DNA of 64,000 bases from Vicugna vicugna (lineage: Eukaryota): contig MU058781.1 of assembly GCA_013265495.1 (NCBI GenBank), positions 11,141,009 to 11,205,008 of the forward strand, given 5' to 3'. Positions within the stretch are counted from its first letter, which is position 1; the number at the start of each line of letters is the position of its first letter. A program made the position numbers and the translations under genes. Below, piece by piece: positions 39,785 through 51,856 of the stretch. The notes beneath the pieces were generated by a model. The model searched no databases, was not told the DNA's origin, and saw only the letters and a program-made list of their open reading frames with translations.

Positions 39785-41154
39785 AATTCTTGGATTTTTG
39801 ACTCATTATCTTGACTCACTACACACCTTCCCTTTCATTTTACTTCAAGTCCTTATTGCTTTTCCCTTTCTGAAGAATAAGAGCTTTCTGGAGACATGAA
39901 TATCCAAAATCACACACTTGGTTCTAATTACTAAAATAGATGTCATTAAAGCAAAAAGCAACTGCAGTAATAAATGAATATGGATGTTGCAGAAGTTAAA
40001 AAAAAAGAGGAAAGAGGAGCAATAAAGAAAGATACTTTTGATTATATAACCTAGAAAATGTCTATAGCTAAAGGCATCTGGAGGGGGATCTGATAAGGAG
40101 AAATAGCTCAATTTTCAATAATTCTACCTAATAAAACTGAAAGAGGGGAGGAAAAAGTATGGATTTAAGCTAATATTCTTCAACTTATCAAGTGACGATT
40201 TAATCTCATAAACTATGCAAAATCTTTTCTTCATTTTCCCTGGGAAAATTGTTTTTGGAAGCCAAGATTCATTTTCCAGGTCATATGTTCTTTCTATTAA
40301 GATGAAAAGGTAAAAAATGCTTCATCTAAACTCTTATATATGCTTCTAGATCAATGGTATAAGCCTTCTACCGGGGGAAAAAAATTCCCCAAACCCTCAT
40401 ATGAAAGATACCAGCCGTCGTTCTGTGTACCATTGAGATACAGCCGTCAAAAACCTATAATCTGCATATGATAAAACTACATCGCAAAATGTACACTGAG
40501 TTTGGGCAATTAACAGAAACAGCTGCGGGTTTCTCTGAAGACACAGAACAGCTGAGGGCTTCTGCCCGTTCTTAGCACTTTAAAAAATGGGACTCATTTC
40601 AGTGTTCAACATGGTTTTGTTATTTTCACCTCCACGATACAACTCTTATTGAAAACTATTTGTGAATTTCTGCAAAAGCAAAAATACTGAAAATTCAACT
40701 TTTTAATAAAGGTTACTTTCCTAGGACGGAGAGAAACACTGATTCCGCCTCATGTGTTCCCAAGTTTCTACAAATGAGATAACCTGGAACAATGATGGTC
40801 CCCTTTCTTCTGAGGGACGACTACTAAATCTAAAGGCTTTTTAAAAATACATTGGAAATGGGAGTTGGGATTTTCATAAACTAGAAAGAGTCTCACAGAA
40901 AATAAGCAAGTAACATTTCATAAAAGCCTTTAATCAAAAATAACTCATGAATAGTTTGAGTCCTGTTTCTTAGTGGGTTTTTAAGTGTTACAGAGACATC
41001 CATTTTGTAATTTCCACCATTCATTCATCAATTTTTATCAGTGTCTCACATCTGTCAGACCTGTGCTAGTTGTTGGGGTTAAAAAAAAAAACTAGTAAGA
41101 CATAGTCCATAGACAATCTAGTATATACTAATTAAAATAAACCCTCTATGAATT

Positions 41155-41445
41155 CTAACTGAAAAAGATACATGCATCCCAATGTCATAGCAGCTCTATA
41201 TACAATAGCCAAGACACAGAAACAACCTAAATGTCCATCGACAGATGACTGGATAAAGAAGTTGTGGTATATTTATACAATGGAACACTACTCAGCCATA
41301 AAAAGAAATAACATAATGTCATTTGCAGCAACATGGATGGACATGGAGATTGTCATTCTAAGTGAAGTAAGCCAGAAAGAGAAAGAAAAATACCACATGA
41401 TATCACTCATATGTAGAATCTAAAAAATAAAAGACAAACGAACTT
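41155..41445 (+). mobile_element. Low-divergence L1 ORF2 C-terminal fragment
   Basis: ORF 41172..41423 reads IAALYTIAKTQKQPKCPSTDDWIKKLWYIYTMEHYSAIK...FAATWMDMEIVILSEVSQKEK, the classic end of L1 ORF2. Confidence 0.93.
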
Positions 41446-42454
41446 TCTTCTGACCTTTCATCACCTGTGCAGCTTCTTCTAAACCCTCTGACAAGTTCTG
41501 CCTCTTCTCAGCTGTGAAGCCCATGTGAGTGAGAATTCTAATGTGCCTCTTCATGTGGACAGTGACGTTAGCTGGAGCTCCCAGGTGGAAGATGGAGCTC
41601 TGGCCATGAACCTGAAATCTGACCCCACTCATCCTTGTCCAGGGCCACCCAGCATGTCCTTCTGCGGGGGTGAGTGGGTCCCAGGGGCAAGGAGAAGCAG
41701 CCACTCCATGGGCCATGTCCCAGCCAGCCAGCCATTCCGGCCCACTGCACCACTCCACTTGTATGTGCCTGCCCCACTGAGAACACGCTCAAAATAAAAC
41801 CAAAAAGAGCCTGTCTTCATAAAAAAACCGAGATGGAAATTCACAATTCTGATGGCACACGTCACTAGTTTATCACATTTTTACCTGGAAATCTTGTACG
41901 AATGCAAACATTTTAAAAATTATTTTATACCACATTTCGCCTGGTTATTCAAGATATAATTAATTTTGTTACATGTTTACTGGTACAGTGTGTGTGTGTT
42001 TAGTATTCTTTTGGATATGAGTAAAATCAGTGAAACATCTTTTTGGGAAAAGTGATCTCTGACTAAAAGTAACTTGTCATAAACGTGGACAAAGGTTGTA
42101 GACACAAATAAAAGAGACCAATGTTAATAGTGGTTGGTAAAAATGCACTTTTGGTAGGATCACAGGATGATAAAATTTACCTTTTCTCGTAAGACCACTT
42201 CAAGATGTATTTTATCTCAAAACACATATCCTCGCAGCACGATCTCTAATTACAAATAGAAATTAAGCATGAAAAACAGCAGCATCTCTCATGCACAGAA
42301 AGTCTTCTTTGAAAACCCTCATATATGACAATAAGGGGTATCTTCTGTGGGCCCAGGCAAGCAACTGGATCTGTTTACAAATTAAAATTGTATCACAGCC
42401 CTAAGATAATGATAATCAATAATAGCAATATAATAATAATAACAACAAACTTAC

Positions 42455-42617
42455 CAGTGTTTGGAACTGTTTGTGGCGAATTCTTTAACTTTACACTTTG
42501 CTTCCCTTTCGTGGGTTTTTCCAAAGTCACGTCTTCTTTTTTCCCTTTCCTCTTTGCGGGCTGAGGAGATGAGTTGTCGCTGGATCCGACTGTTGACTTA
42601 GATTGGCGGTCATTTCC
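42455..42617 (-). CDS. DCDC2: DCDC2 coding exon 7 (163 nt): GNDRQSKSTVGSSDNSSPQPAKRKGKKEDVTLEKPTKGKQSVKLKNSPQTVPNT
   Basis: cttttgtcctgtag|GGAAATGAC...AACACTG|gtaagt. No stop codons; matches the DCDC2 post-DCX region. Confidence 0.95.
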
Positions 42618-42751
42618 CTACAGGACAAAAGATGAGACCCTCACCGTTGGCTGATGAGCCATCTGCATGATTACGATTTGATACAAGCATTTAACTAGGG
42701 GTAAACACAGCAGGGGCGGGAGACAGGGTTATCGCCCTGATTCTGCTACTG

Positions 42752-42827
42752 CACGTTATGCTGTGCACCAGGAATTGACATAACATTGTAAACTGACTAT
42801 ACCTCAACAAAAGAAAAAGAAAAAAAG
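42752..42827 (+). mobile_element. Very short L1 3' terminus with an A-rich tail
   Basis: TATGCTGTGCACCAGGAATTGACATAACATTGTAAACTGACTATACCTCAA plus A tail, similar to the end of the 37113 copy. No clear TSD. Confidence 0.8.
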
Positions 42828-43184
42828 ACCACATGCCCCCCATTCCTTCTGGAAAGGTTGACCATACTTTCTGATTGCCAGGTGCCTCCCGAAATGAAGA
42901 CCTTGCATCTGCACAGTGAACTTCTCAGTACGAAGATGAGGTTAAGTTCAGTGGCTCCTGTCACTGGCCCAGCACAGCTCCGGGGAGCCACTGCAGTGTG
43001 GCTGCTGTAAGTAACCAGGGAACAGCTGTGCTGATCCTTAGCCGCTGCTTGGCCTTTGCTGCAGCAAGAAATGCCCTCCTGACAAGACAGCCTTGGCCTT
43101 TGGGTGTTCAGGTGCTACACTTACCTGAGTGTGTAAGGTGTGAAGCAGCAGGTGGCAGAAAGAATGCAAGTTTGAGAGACCCAA

Positions 43185-43385
43185 AATACCTGACTCAGAG
43201 CCACTGCCCTGCCACTAACCACAATGGGAACTTGGGCTGACTACCGCCTACCTTCTTTGAGCCTCTTTCCTTATCAACTGAATGGGGTTAATGTGCCTGC
43301 CTTTAGGTCCATCATGAGGATGAAATGGTAACATTTATAAAGTAACTAGTACAGTGCCTGGCATGTGGTTTTTGTTCAATGACTA
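43185..43385 (+). mobile_element. MIR SINE
   Basis: CTGCCACTAAC...GAGCCTCTTTCC...ATGAGGATGAAATG...ACAGTGCCTGGCATGTGG. Confidence 0.7.
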
Positions 43386-46300
43386 TCAGAGTGATTCCTC
43401 CAAGAGCAGAGAGTTAATATTCATTTCTTTAAAGTCATAATCACTCCATATCAACTGCAATCTTTATGCAACATCTGTACTATGCTAATATCTGAAAATA
43501 AGTGTAGTAATATTAAATAAACAAATCTGCCTAGAAACCTATTATAACTGCTCGTTTTAAACATTTATACATTCAGTCATCCAGAAGCACTTAGTTTTAG
43601 CTGTCATCCAATTAAGAACAGAAAAATTCACAGCCTTACAAGTGAAGTTATTTATGCTATTTTGTCATCGCCTACAAGAAAATTAATTATGCATCGATTT
43701 AGTTAACACTATGAAAACTTGTCCAAATCTATAACATTTTTTTGCATAATTTAATTTCCTATTCCAATTGCAATTTAAACATAGTTTTCATTTAATTATT
43801 GCATTAACTGCAACAAGAGTTGGGTTTTTTTCCTTTCATTTTCTTCAATGATTCTTTCTTGAAAGACCATAAAACAGCAGGAGAAACAGCTCATATGATT
43901 CTAGTTGGAGATTCCAAAATCATCCTGTGAGTAGGAACTATCAGCCAGGACTTCTATTCTATTTTCAAAAGAATCTATTCATCCCAAGATTTTAAAACTT
44001 TCAAAGCCTTGAATGAGAGGAGAGACCCTTCTAACAAGCCTCCTAGAATGTTCAGAGATGCTGTTGATCTTTCGAGGACTAAAATGAAAAAGAATGGGAA
44101 ATTCTGGATTTCAGCATAAGTGTTTTTTACAGCTCTCTGGGAAAAGTCTTAGTCACTAAAGGGGCTTAACAAGGGAGATGCAGAAGCACCACTCTGGAGT
44201 CCCTGAGGATTCACACAATTTTAAAAACCAACTCTCTTGTTGAATATACAGGAAGTTCGATTCACTACACTTCTGAGAAGGACACCCAAAAGGGTGGTTT
44301 TGGAGCATCAAGAAAGACTAGTTGCTTCCAATAACTATACAAGGCATGGCTTCGGTAACTGACACTCAGGCACTCAAAATATCGATTACAGACTAACCAT
44401 CAGGCACTTTGTCAGTAAGAACTAAATTAAACGGAGAGAAAGGGAAGAATTGTTTTGTAATTAGCAGACTGGAAGGAATTTAAATGCTTTTCTTCTTAAA
44501 AGAGGAAACATGTTGATGTGCCTAAAAATATAAAATACATATGTAATAAATTAATACAAACATAAATTATATAACATAAATTACATATACTCATATTTAT
44601 TTACATAATCATATAAATTAGAGATAACAAATAAATTAATAGAAAGAGAGAAGGGTAAAAGAATAGAGAGGGATCTTTCTTTTTTGAGCCTTCCACCTGT
44701 GACTTATAACTCAGGTACATGAAGAGAAAGTCATTGCTATTTGTGGGGCACAGGGAATGGGGGAGTTTTGCCATCTCCTACAGCTATGCTAGTTGAGAAA
44801 ACAGTATTATTGAGTACCTCATGTGCTAAATACCCATGAAACAAGTATTTACCAAATTTTTGATATGTATTATTATCACTATTTTATAGATAAAGGAATT
44901 AACTTTCTCAAGGTCACCCAGGTCTGATTTTTCCACTACACTGAGGCTTCCTACTCCCCAAGGCATTAGAAACAGCTGTTAGATAGTGTGGTTCCTTAAA
45001 AAGCCACCTGGAAGTACCAGATTATGGCTTTCTCCCAAAGGGGCAGAAATCAGGTAGCAATCTCCTTCTGAGCAGGAGACGGGACTCAGACTCAGACAGG
45101 CATCTCTCTCACTTGCGTATCTGGTGATGGCCAAACTGGACTCAGTTTCTGCAAAAGGCAAAATGGAGTTTGGGGGGCATTCAGAATTTATCTTGCTTCA
45201 CAGTGACTTTGTGACACATGGATAATCATATTTTTTTAACCAAAACTTTAGTAATTGTAATATCTGAATCTGTAAATTGCTGATCACAAGATATATCAGC
45301 CGCATGGTAGTAAGAACAACTAAAGACGATTTAATGCAGCCTTTGCTTTAACTTTCAAATACTTCCCTGATTTCATGTCTTTTCCACTAGAGGGTGCTTG
45401 GATTCTGCGTGGTGTGACCCCACAGCGAGAGAACAGTCTTCTGCCGAAGGGTTTATTTTGCAACCTTAATAGAACTTCGAACAATTCACTTACATCTTCC
45501 TTCTGTTTTCAGGGCTACAACTGCAATGTAAAATTATTCTTGATGTGCTCATTTCTGTGACTCCCCGCACTAGGAGTCTGTGTAAGGGATGACTTCTGAT
45601 CTTGTCCTGCTTTGCACACGGCATCCCTGGCTGTTTTGAAAGGGTCAACTTGGGCCCCAAAACCCCTCGTTACCCACACTCCAACTGCAAGGGCGGGCCC
45701 CTGCTGACCAGTCACTTACACACAGCAAGGGACCCCTATGCACACTAGCAGATTTCTCTCTCTCTTTTTTTTTTTTCTAAATTCTATCAGGCCCCTACCC
45801 ACACCCCCTTTCATTATGCAATACAGCAATTCCTAGAAAGCTGTGTGGAGAAAGGAATTCCTAAAAGTCCAGCTCTGTGTCCCCTTTGATTTGCATCGCG
45901 AGTTCAGGGATGCTTTCCCGCTGATTTGAGGGTGTTCCCTAAAGTTTTAAGCCAGCTCTCCCATAGACTCCTTCACCTCCACTCAGTGCCAAGCAGTTAA
46001 TGATCTTAAAGACATGTACATTCTCCAGGGGATCAATCAGTTGAAGGAAAGAAGCAAATTGATCCTTCTGTTAGAAACTGAGTTTGTGACTTTGGAACTC
46101 CCGACATGAAATGGTCTCCCTGTGCGGCTGACAGTCAGGCATTCACACATCCGATAACAGGTTTACTGAGACCCTACTGTGTGCCTGGTGCGTTACTCCG
46201 CTCTGCTGAAGTATAACCTCCTAAAAGAGGCCCCCCGACCACCCTGAGGATCCTGCACCCTCTCTCATTTTCTCTTCCCATATCCGGATGTATTTTTCTT

Positions 46301-46469
46301 CAAGCTTATCCCTGGTTAATACCAAATGTGTATTTGTTTGTCTTTTTCCTCCTCCAGAATGCAGACTTAATACATTTACAGTTTTCTCTGAACTCTCTGC
46401 TGCCCCTTCCCCACAAGCACTAAAACAGTGCCCAGGACATAATATGTGCTCAATAAATGGCTAGTGGAT

Positions 46470-47190
46470 GAATGTGTCCATCAGTGACAACAGACAGTTA
46501 CAATAGGCTGGAAGAGCTAGAACAGATTCTGTCTCCCCCTGTCCTCCTGGCGGGTTACCTGAACCATCACCTGGACTCCAGCCATCCCACTGCCTCCTGC
46601 TTCTGTTCTCATCCTGACCCACTTCTCTGTACACACCACAACCAGAGATCTTTTCAAAATGTATCTCAAGTGACAACCACTCCCTTCTTTCACCCCATAA
46701 ATGTTATCCCAATAAAGAATAGAATCCAAATTCCTCGCGGTCCCTGCCTACCTCTCCAGTGTCATCTCAGACCACTCCCTCCAGCCTTGCTTCCGCCCTC
46801 CTCACACGTCAAGCTCTTTACCAAGCGCCTTCGTGACCCTTTCCTTTTCCATGGATGCCCTTTCTCCCCTGCCTCTGCCCTGTATGACTGGTTCCTGCCC
46901 ACCATGAAGAGCTCAGCCTCAGAGAATTTTATATTAATTAGTGCCCGGTCACACTTTATTTTCCTCAGAGCACTCATAACCACCTGAAATGGTTTATATA
47001 TTTGTTTAGAGGTTGATAGCCTGTCTACCTCTGCTCTTCCGCCCTCCCCGCCCCCACACAGACACAGCCAGTAGCACAAAAGTTCTGTGAGGTCTGAAAA
47101 CTTGTCTGTCTGTTCACCAACCTATGCCAGTTGCTTGGAGTGGTTCCTGGCATTCAGTAGGTGCTCACTAAACACACGTTGAATGGATGA
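46470..47190 (+). mobile_element. L2 3' region
   Basis: ACCAGAGATCTTTTCAAAATGTATCTC...CCTGGCATTCAGTAGGTGCTCACTAAA...TTGAATGGATG. Explains ORF 46472..46987. Confidence 0.75.
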
Positions 47191-48027
47191 CCAGATGAGC
47201 AGATGAATGGACGGGTGGATCTACAGAATGCCTGGTAGCATCGTGGGAAGAATGACAAACTTGGCTATCATTGTATTTTTCCAAGTCATAGCCTGGAAAT
47301 AGAATTTTGACTTTGCTTTCTATAAGATGGAAACAGGTAACTTTGGGTCTTTAAGGGTCACTTCCTCAAAGAGGCCTTTCCTGACACACCTATCTAAGTA
47401 AGTTCTCCTTTTATTGCCTCTCATACTGTTCTATACTTTTCTTTCACTTTAATCATACTTTGTAATTATATACTGATTGGTGGCATCACCTGTTTAACTT
47501 TGTCTCCCTGGGCAGGCCAGACCTAAGAGAGTGTTGTGTCTTTTGCTCAATACCACCTCTCTGGGGCTTAGTTCCATGCCAGACACACAGAAGCCTTAGC
47601 CAATCATCATTAGTTGACCCAGTATTTACAGCAGATTCTAAAGAACTTCTAAACAAGTGAGCAAGAAAGGTGCACGTAAGTGCCTTCTATACATGAATTT
47701 TAAAATGGGAAGCACATTACACATTTTTAATAAAAAAAATTAGACATTCCAACTTTCAGAATAGTAAGCACACAATCCCAAAGTTCAGTCATTGTGAATA
47801 CAAAGAGTTGAGTCATGATCTTGGTTCTGACATGAACATTCTCTGTGACCTGGGTTGGTTATTCAGCTACACTTGGTCTCTGATCAAACATCGCCTTTCC
47901 AGCTGTACTGTGAGAGTTAATGAGCTCCTATTTGCAGGGTACGCAGAAGAGATTCCACTCCAAAGTCCTAAATGCTTGTCACAGTTTCCATATAACGGGT
48001 ACTTAATAGACGTTTGCTGAATTAACA

Positions 48028-48059
48028 AATGAATGAATGATGGATGGATGGATGGATGG
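48028..48059. repeat. (TGAA)n/(TGGA)n tetranucleotide repeat
   Basis: Directly visible; probably the tail of a MIR/L2 element. Confidence 0.85.
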
Positions 48060-48505
48060 AAAAGATTCTGATAGGGAGCTAGATATTTGGAATGATTCTC
48101 ATTCTTTTCAAGAAATATAACTGAGGATTACTGTTTGTTATATAAACTTCCTTTTTAGTCTTTGTCAGTGATAGAAAACAAGACTGGGTAGACCACTGAT
48201 GTGACCTAATACAGTATTTCTTCTCATTTATGTTATTATCACCTAGATTTCAACCATCTTATGAATTTTATCAGGTCTCTATATAAGGAAAAAGATACCT
48301 ATTTTGAAATCCATATTTTTTTAATGTTAACTCTCCTTTAGAAACTTAGTTGTAATGCTAATGTTCTAGTGTTGTTTCACAAAATTGCTTATATACCACA
48401 AGGTGGCTAAGTTTTATTTCCTCGAACTTAATTGAACCCAAAGGACAATCTCTCCGTATCACACAGAAATACAGAACGTGAATAAGCAAAGCATCTGATA
48501 CTTAC

Positions 48506-48560
48506 ACTCCCTTTAGACTTTCTGGATCCTACAATAGGAGGTAGTGAAGAGGCTTTCTGA
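48506..48560 (-). CDS. DCDC2: DCDC2 coding exon 6 (55 nt): QKASSLPPIVGSRKSKGS
   Basis: tttgtttccgcag|TCAGAAAGCC...GGGAGT|gtaagt. Phase is compatible with exons 5 and 7. Confidence 0.95.
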
Positions 48561-50312
48561 CTGCGGAAACAAATTGCAATTTAAAAATCTGAACATGTTC
48601 ACAAATAATATTTAAGGCAAGGTAACTGTCATTTCAACTTATCATCCCAACCTGGAACCCAACTGTTTCCTGACATCGGTATTTCACAAAAAGTACCACA
48701 GACTTTCCCAGTTTCACAAAGACCACCATAATATTTTCAAATTCCATTCCAAAAGATTTTGTAATGTTTACCTGTATAGGATTTTAATTGATGCTTAAAA
48801 ATAAATGTAGTACCACCTTAAATTTTTTCATGGCATTTTTAATCAAATCTCTACCTAAATTTTCTGTTTGCATTTCAAAAAGTCATTTCCCAAGCTGAGT
48901 AATGATTTTGTCAGATTGAGTTTAAAATGATAAACTTCTGTTGTTTTTATAATATCTATAATATCTGCTACTAATAGAAGTGCAGAATGGTAAAATGCTC
49001 ACATTTATATTCAGGGAGTTTCTAAATCAGTTAGTAAAAAGTTCTATTTGGCTATAAGAATAAGTTATTTCCCAGATATCTCTGTTATAGGAAAAGATCC
49101 ATCTTGAAACCCAGTTGAACTTCTCTGAAACCAAGAGGACACATAGATAAAGGAAAACCTTACTAAGGTGTCTGAGAGGCCACCATGAGCTACAGTTTTC
49201 CCGCTGCCATCAAGTACCAGTGCAGGGGCTCAGGGCAGTGGGTACTGCAGCTCAGAGCAGCCTAACCCCGTGCTGCTGAGCAGAGGTTGTAAAGGATCTG
49301 ATTTCATGGATGGGCAAGGGTGGTTAGCAAGAAGTCTGCTGGTAAATAATTCTAAAGTTCTCGAAAACCATGTGCTCTTGCATACTTCAAACACCACCCC
49401 TGAAATTCCATTGCAACTATTACTTACTTAGAAACTCTCAGCGAGCCTCTCCATCAAGCTACACAAATCGCAAGTTAAGGGAGAACAAATTGGCGATTCT
49501 GCTCTGTCCCAGCCACATGTCACCCACCGTAGGAAAGGAGAACTACAAAAAGTCAGTTTCCTAGCAAAGTGGACACGGAAAAGCAGCAGAGACGGATCTC
49601 AGGGCACCAAGAGAAAACGAGGAGGGGGGAGGGTCCCCCCACGTCTGCCAGGGGCCAAGGCTCTTCATGCAGATGCTTGCCTCTGCAGTTCATCTACTGG
49701 ACTGAGATAAGGCATTCTTCACAAAGGCATAACATTTCACGGAGGGAAAAAAGTTCACTGTGCCCTATGTGTAACTAAAAGTGCAATCTTTAAAGTTTTG
49801 CATGTAATAACTATTCACCCAGCTGCTCTACTTATTGGTACACAAAAGGAATTATAGCATTTCTATATTTTACTATTTTAATATTTTTCGAAGTATAAAG
49901 TGTTCTCTTTTAAACACCTATAGATGTTTCTGTATGCTCCAACTGAAAAATTATTTGGTCTAGCTAACCCATTCCAACATTATTAAAACTTCTAATAATG
50001 TATGCTGTATAGAAGCTCACTGCCCTGTAACTTTTTCACAAAAATTAATTTTTATATTTATTATAAATTCATAAGTGAATTGTCAAAAAAATACCAAGTA
50101 GTCTTTCTCAGATTCCCCAAAATTATAGTTTTATGCAATAGTTCTCAATCTCCAATCATGGCAAAATAAACGCTGATTAATGTAATTATACATGCTTTCC
50201 ATTCCAACTGATAAATAAGATTATGTAAAATATACCAGTGTGCAGCATAAGACTCAATGCTATTTCAAGTGATAAATAAAATCTGAAGAAGTGAGTGAGG
50301 ATGAAAACTTAC

Positions 50313-50459
50313 CCATAAGACCGTCTCATCGTTGACTTGTCAAAAAGTAATTCACCGTAAGGCAATTTCTTAAACTTTTCTCTGCCGACAGCCACGTAAA
50401 ACTGCCCATTCTCCAGCTCGGCCCCACTCTCAACCAGTTTTCCTTCTAAAGTATAAAGT
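50313..50459 (-). CDS. DCDC2: DCDC2 coding exon 5 (147 nt): LYTLEGKLVESGAELENGQFYVAVGREKFKKLPYGELLFDKSTMRRSY(G)
   Basis: tattttggcag|ACTTTATACT...TCTTATGG|gtaagt. Carries the DCX motif LYTLEG...LENGQFYVAVG; frame is continuous. Confidence 0.97.
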
Positions 50460-51551
50460 CTGCCAAAATATGAATGCCAGCAATTAACATTTTAACAAGC
50501 ATTGAAAGAATTGCTTCAAATCACAAAGTCAATTAAAAAAACCCCCTCTGTTCTTAAGTTGGCTCATTTGTTACGATGCTAATTCCTGAATTATAAATGC
50601 CTCAGTCATTAGACTTAGCTAAACGCCAGTGTTACAATGGAGATGCGGTTATTGTCTAGCTGTACAATGTTTTATCCCAGGAAACCTGACAACCTAACAT
50701 AAGGATCCCCTATTGCTGCCATATTTAGTTTTTAGAGGGGAAGAATTAACTTGTAGAGAATGTGATGCTTTAAATGAAGCTCAGCTTCCACTGATGTTTG
50801 CTGTATTCCTATTCTGTGAGTGCTTTTAAAATTTATTTTCTTAATGCATTGCTCAGGTGGACAAGCATCTTACTGCATTCCATGCAAGAGTGGCTCTCAG
50901 CCAAAATTTTACATCCAAACACACAGAACTGGGTCAGAAAACAAGAGGTGAGAGGGCAGGAGGTCAAAGAACCCATTGCCAGTGTTAATGATGCAGAACC
51001 ACATAGCATTCATGCTTCTTTTCTTCTTTTTTTTGCCTTCCCTCATCTTCCCAGAATCCAGGGATTTCACAAGAACCTCCCTTTACTGTAAAACTGCTGT
51101 TGTGAACTACAATTAATACGTTACTCTTTAAAAGAACAGTGATAACTTTGATAGACGATTTAAAGTGGCCGCAGAATTTTTTTAAAGAACAGGAAACAAC
51201 AGACTATTAGAAAACTACAGCGGAAAGCCAATGCGTATTTTTGAAGGTTATAAACAAATGTTAGTAACAGGAAGGGTTTTAAGATAATAGTTTTAAAAAC
51301 TCTAACGCTTCTTATATTATGTAATTAAGGGTAGTGATATTTGCAAAAAATAATAATAACAAATCCATTGACCTATCTGCTTGTTTACTGATTATGTAAA
51401 TGGCCATATTATATGGAGCCAAGAAGTAAAACAAAAAAAGCCACCAAAACCCCTATAATGTGTTTGTGTTGCATGAGTATGAAGATGTTGAAGTCTCTTT
51501 CTTTGTAACACTGTACATCAATCCTTACAAGTTTTCCTGCCTTGACCTAGA

Positions 51552-51632
51552 CCAGGGTTTCTGAACATTGACATTTGGGGGAGAGGTAGAGAGGCTGTCC
51601 TGGGAATTGTAGGATGTTACATCATCCCCCTC
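51552..51632. mobile_element. MER20-like hAT-Charlie fragment
   Basis: CAGGGTTTCT...ATTGACATTTGGGG...GCTGTCCTGGGAATTGTAGGATGTT...CATCCC. Confidence 0.6.
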
Positions 51633-51716
51633 CATTTGCGTTTTAAGAAACAAAAGATCTATGTGTTTCCACCCTGCAATGATGCAGAAAGGTACTGGAA
51701 AGAAGGACCACGGATG

Positions 51717-51856
51717 GGGGAGGATGTAGCTCAGTGGCAGATTGTGTGCTTAGCATGCACAGGGTCTTAGGTTCAATACCTCATACCTCCATTGAAAGTA
51801 AATAAGTAAATAAACCTATTTATCTCCCCTCTGGAACAAAAAAAGTTTTAAAAAAG
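51717..51856 (+). mobile_element. Vic-1-type tRNA(Ala)-derived camelid SINE (long form)
   Basis: GGGGAGGATGTAGCTCAGTGG...CTTAGCATGCAC...GGTTCAATACC...ACCTCCA, then an AT-rich 3' part (AAATAAACCTA) and an A tail. Confidence 0.85.

Noticed and set aside
46472..46987. Longest ORF in the track (171 aa)
   Set aside because: Lies within a degraded L2 and has no protein homology I can recognise.
51717..51792. Possible tRNA-Ala gene
   Set aside because: Stems are mismatched and it is followed by a SINE body and A tail, so it is a SINE.
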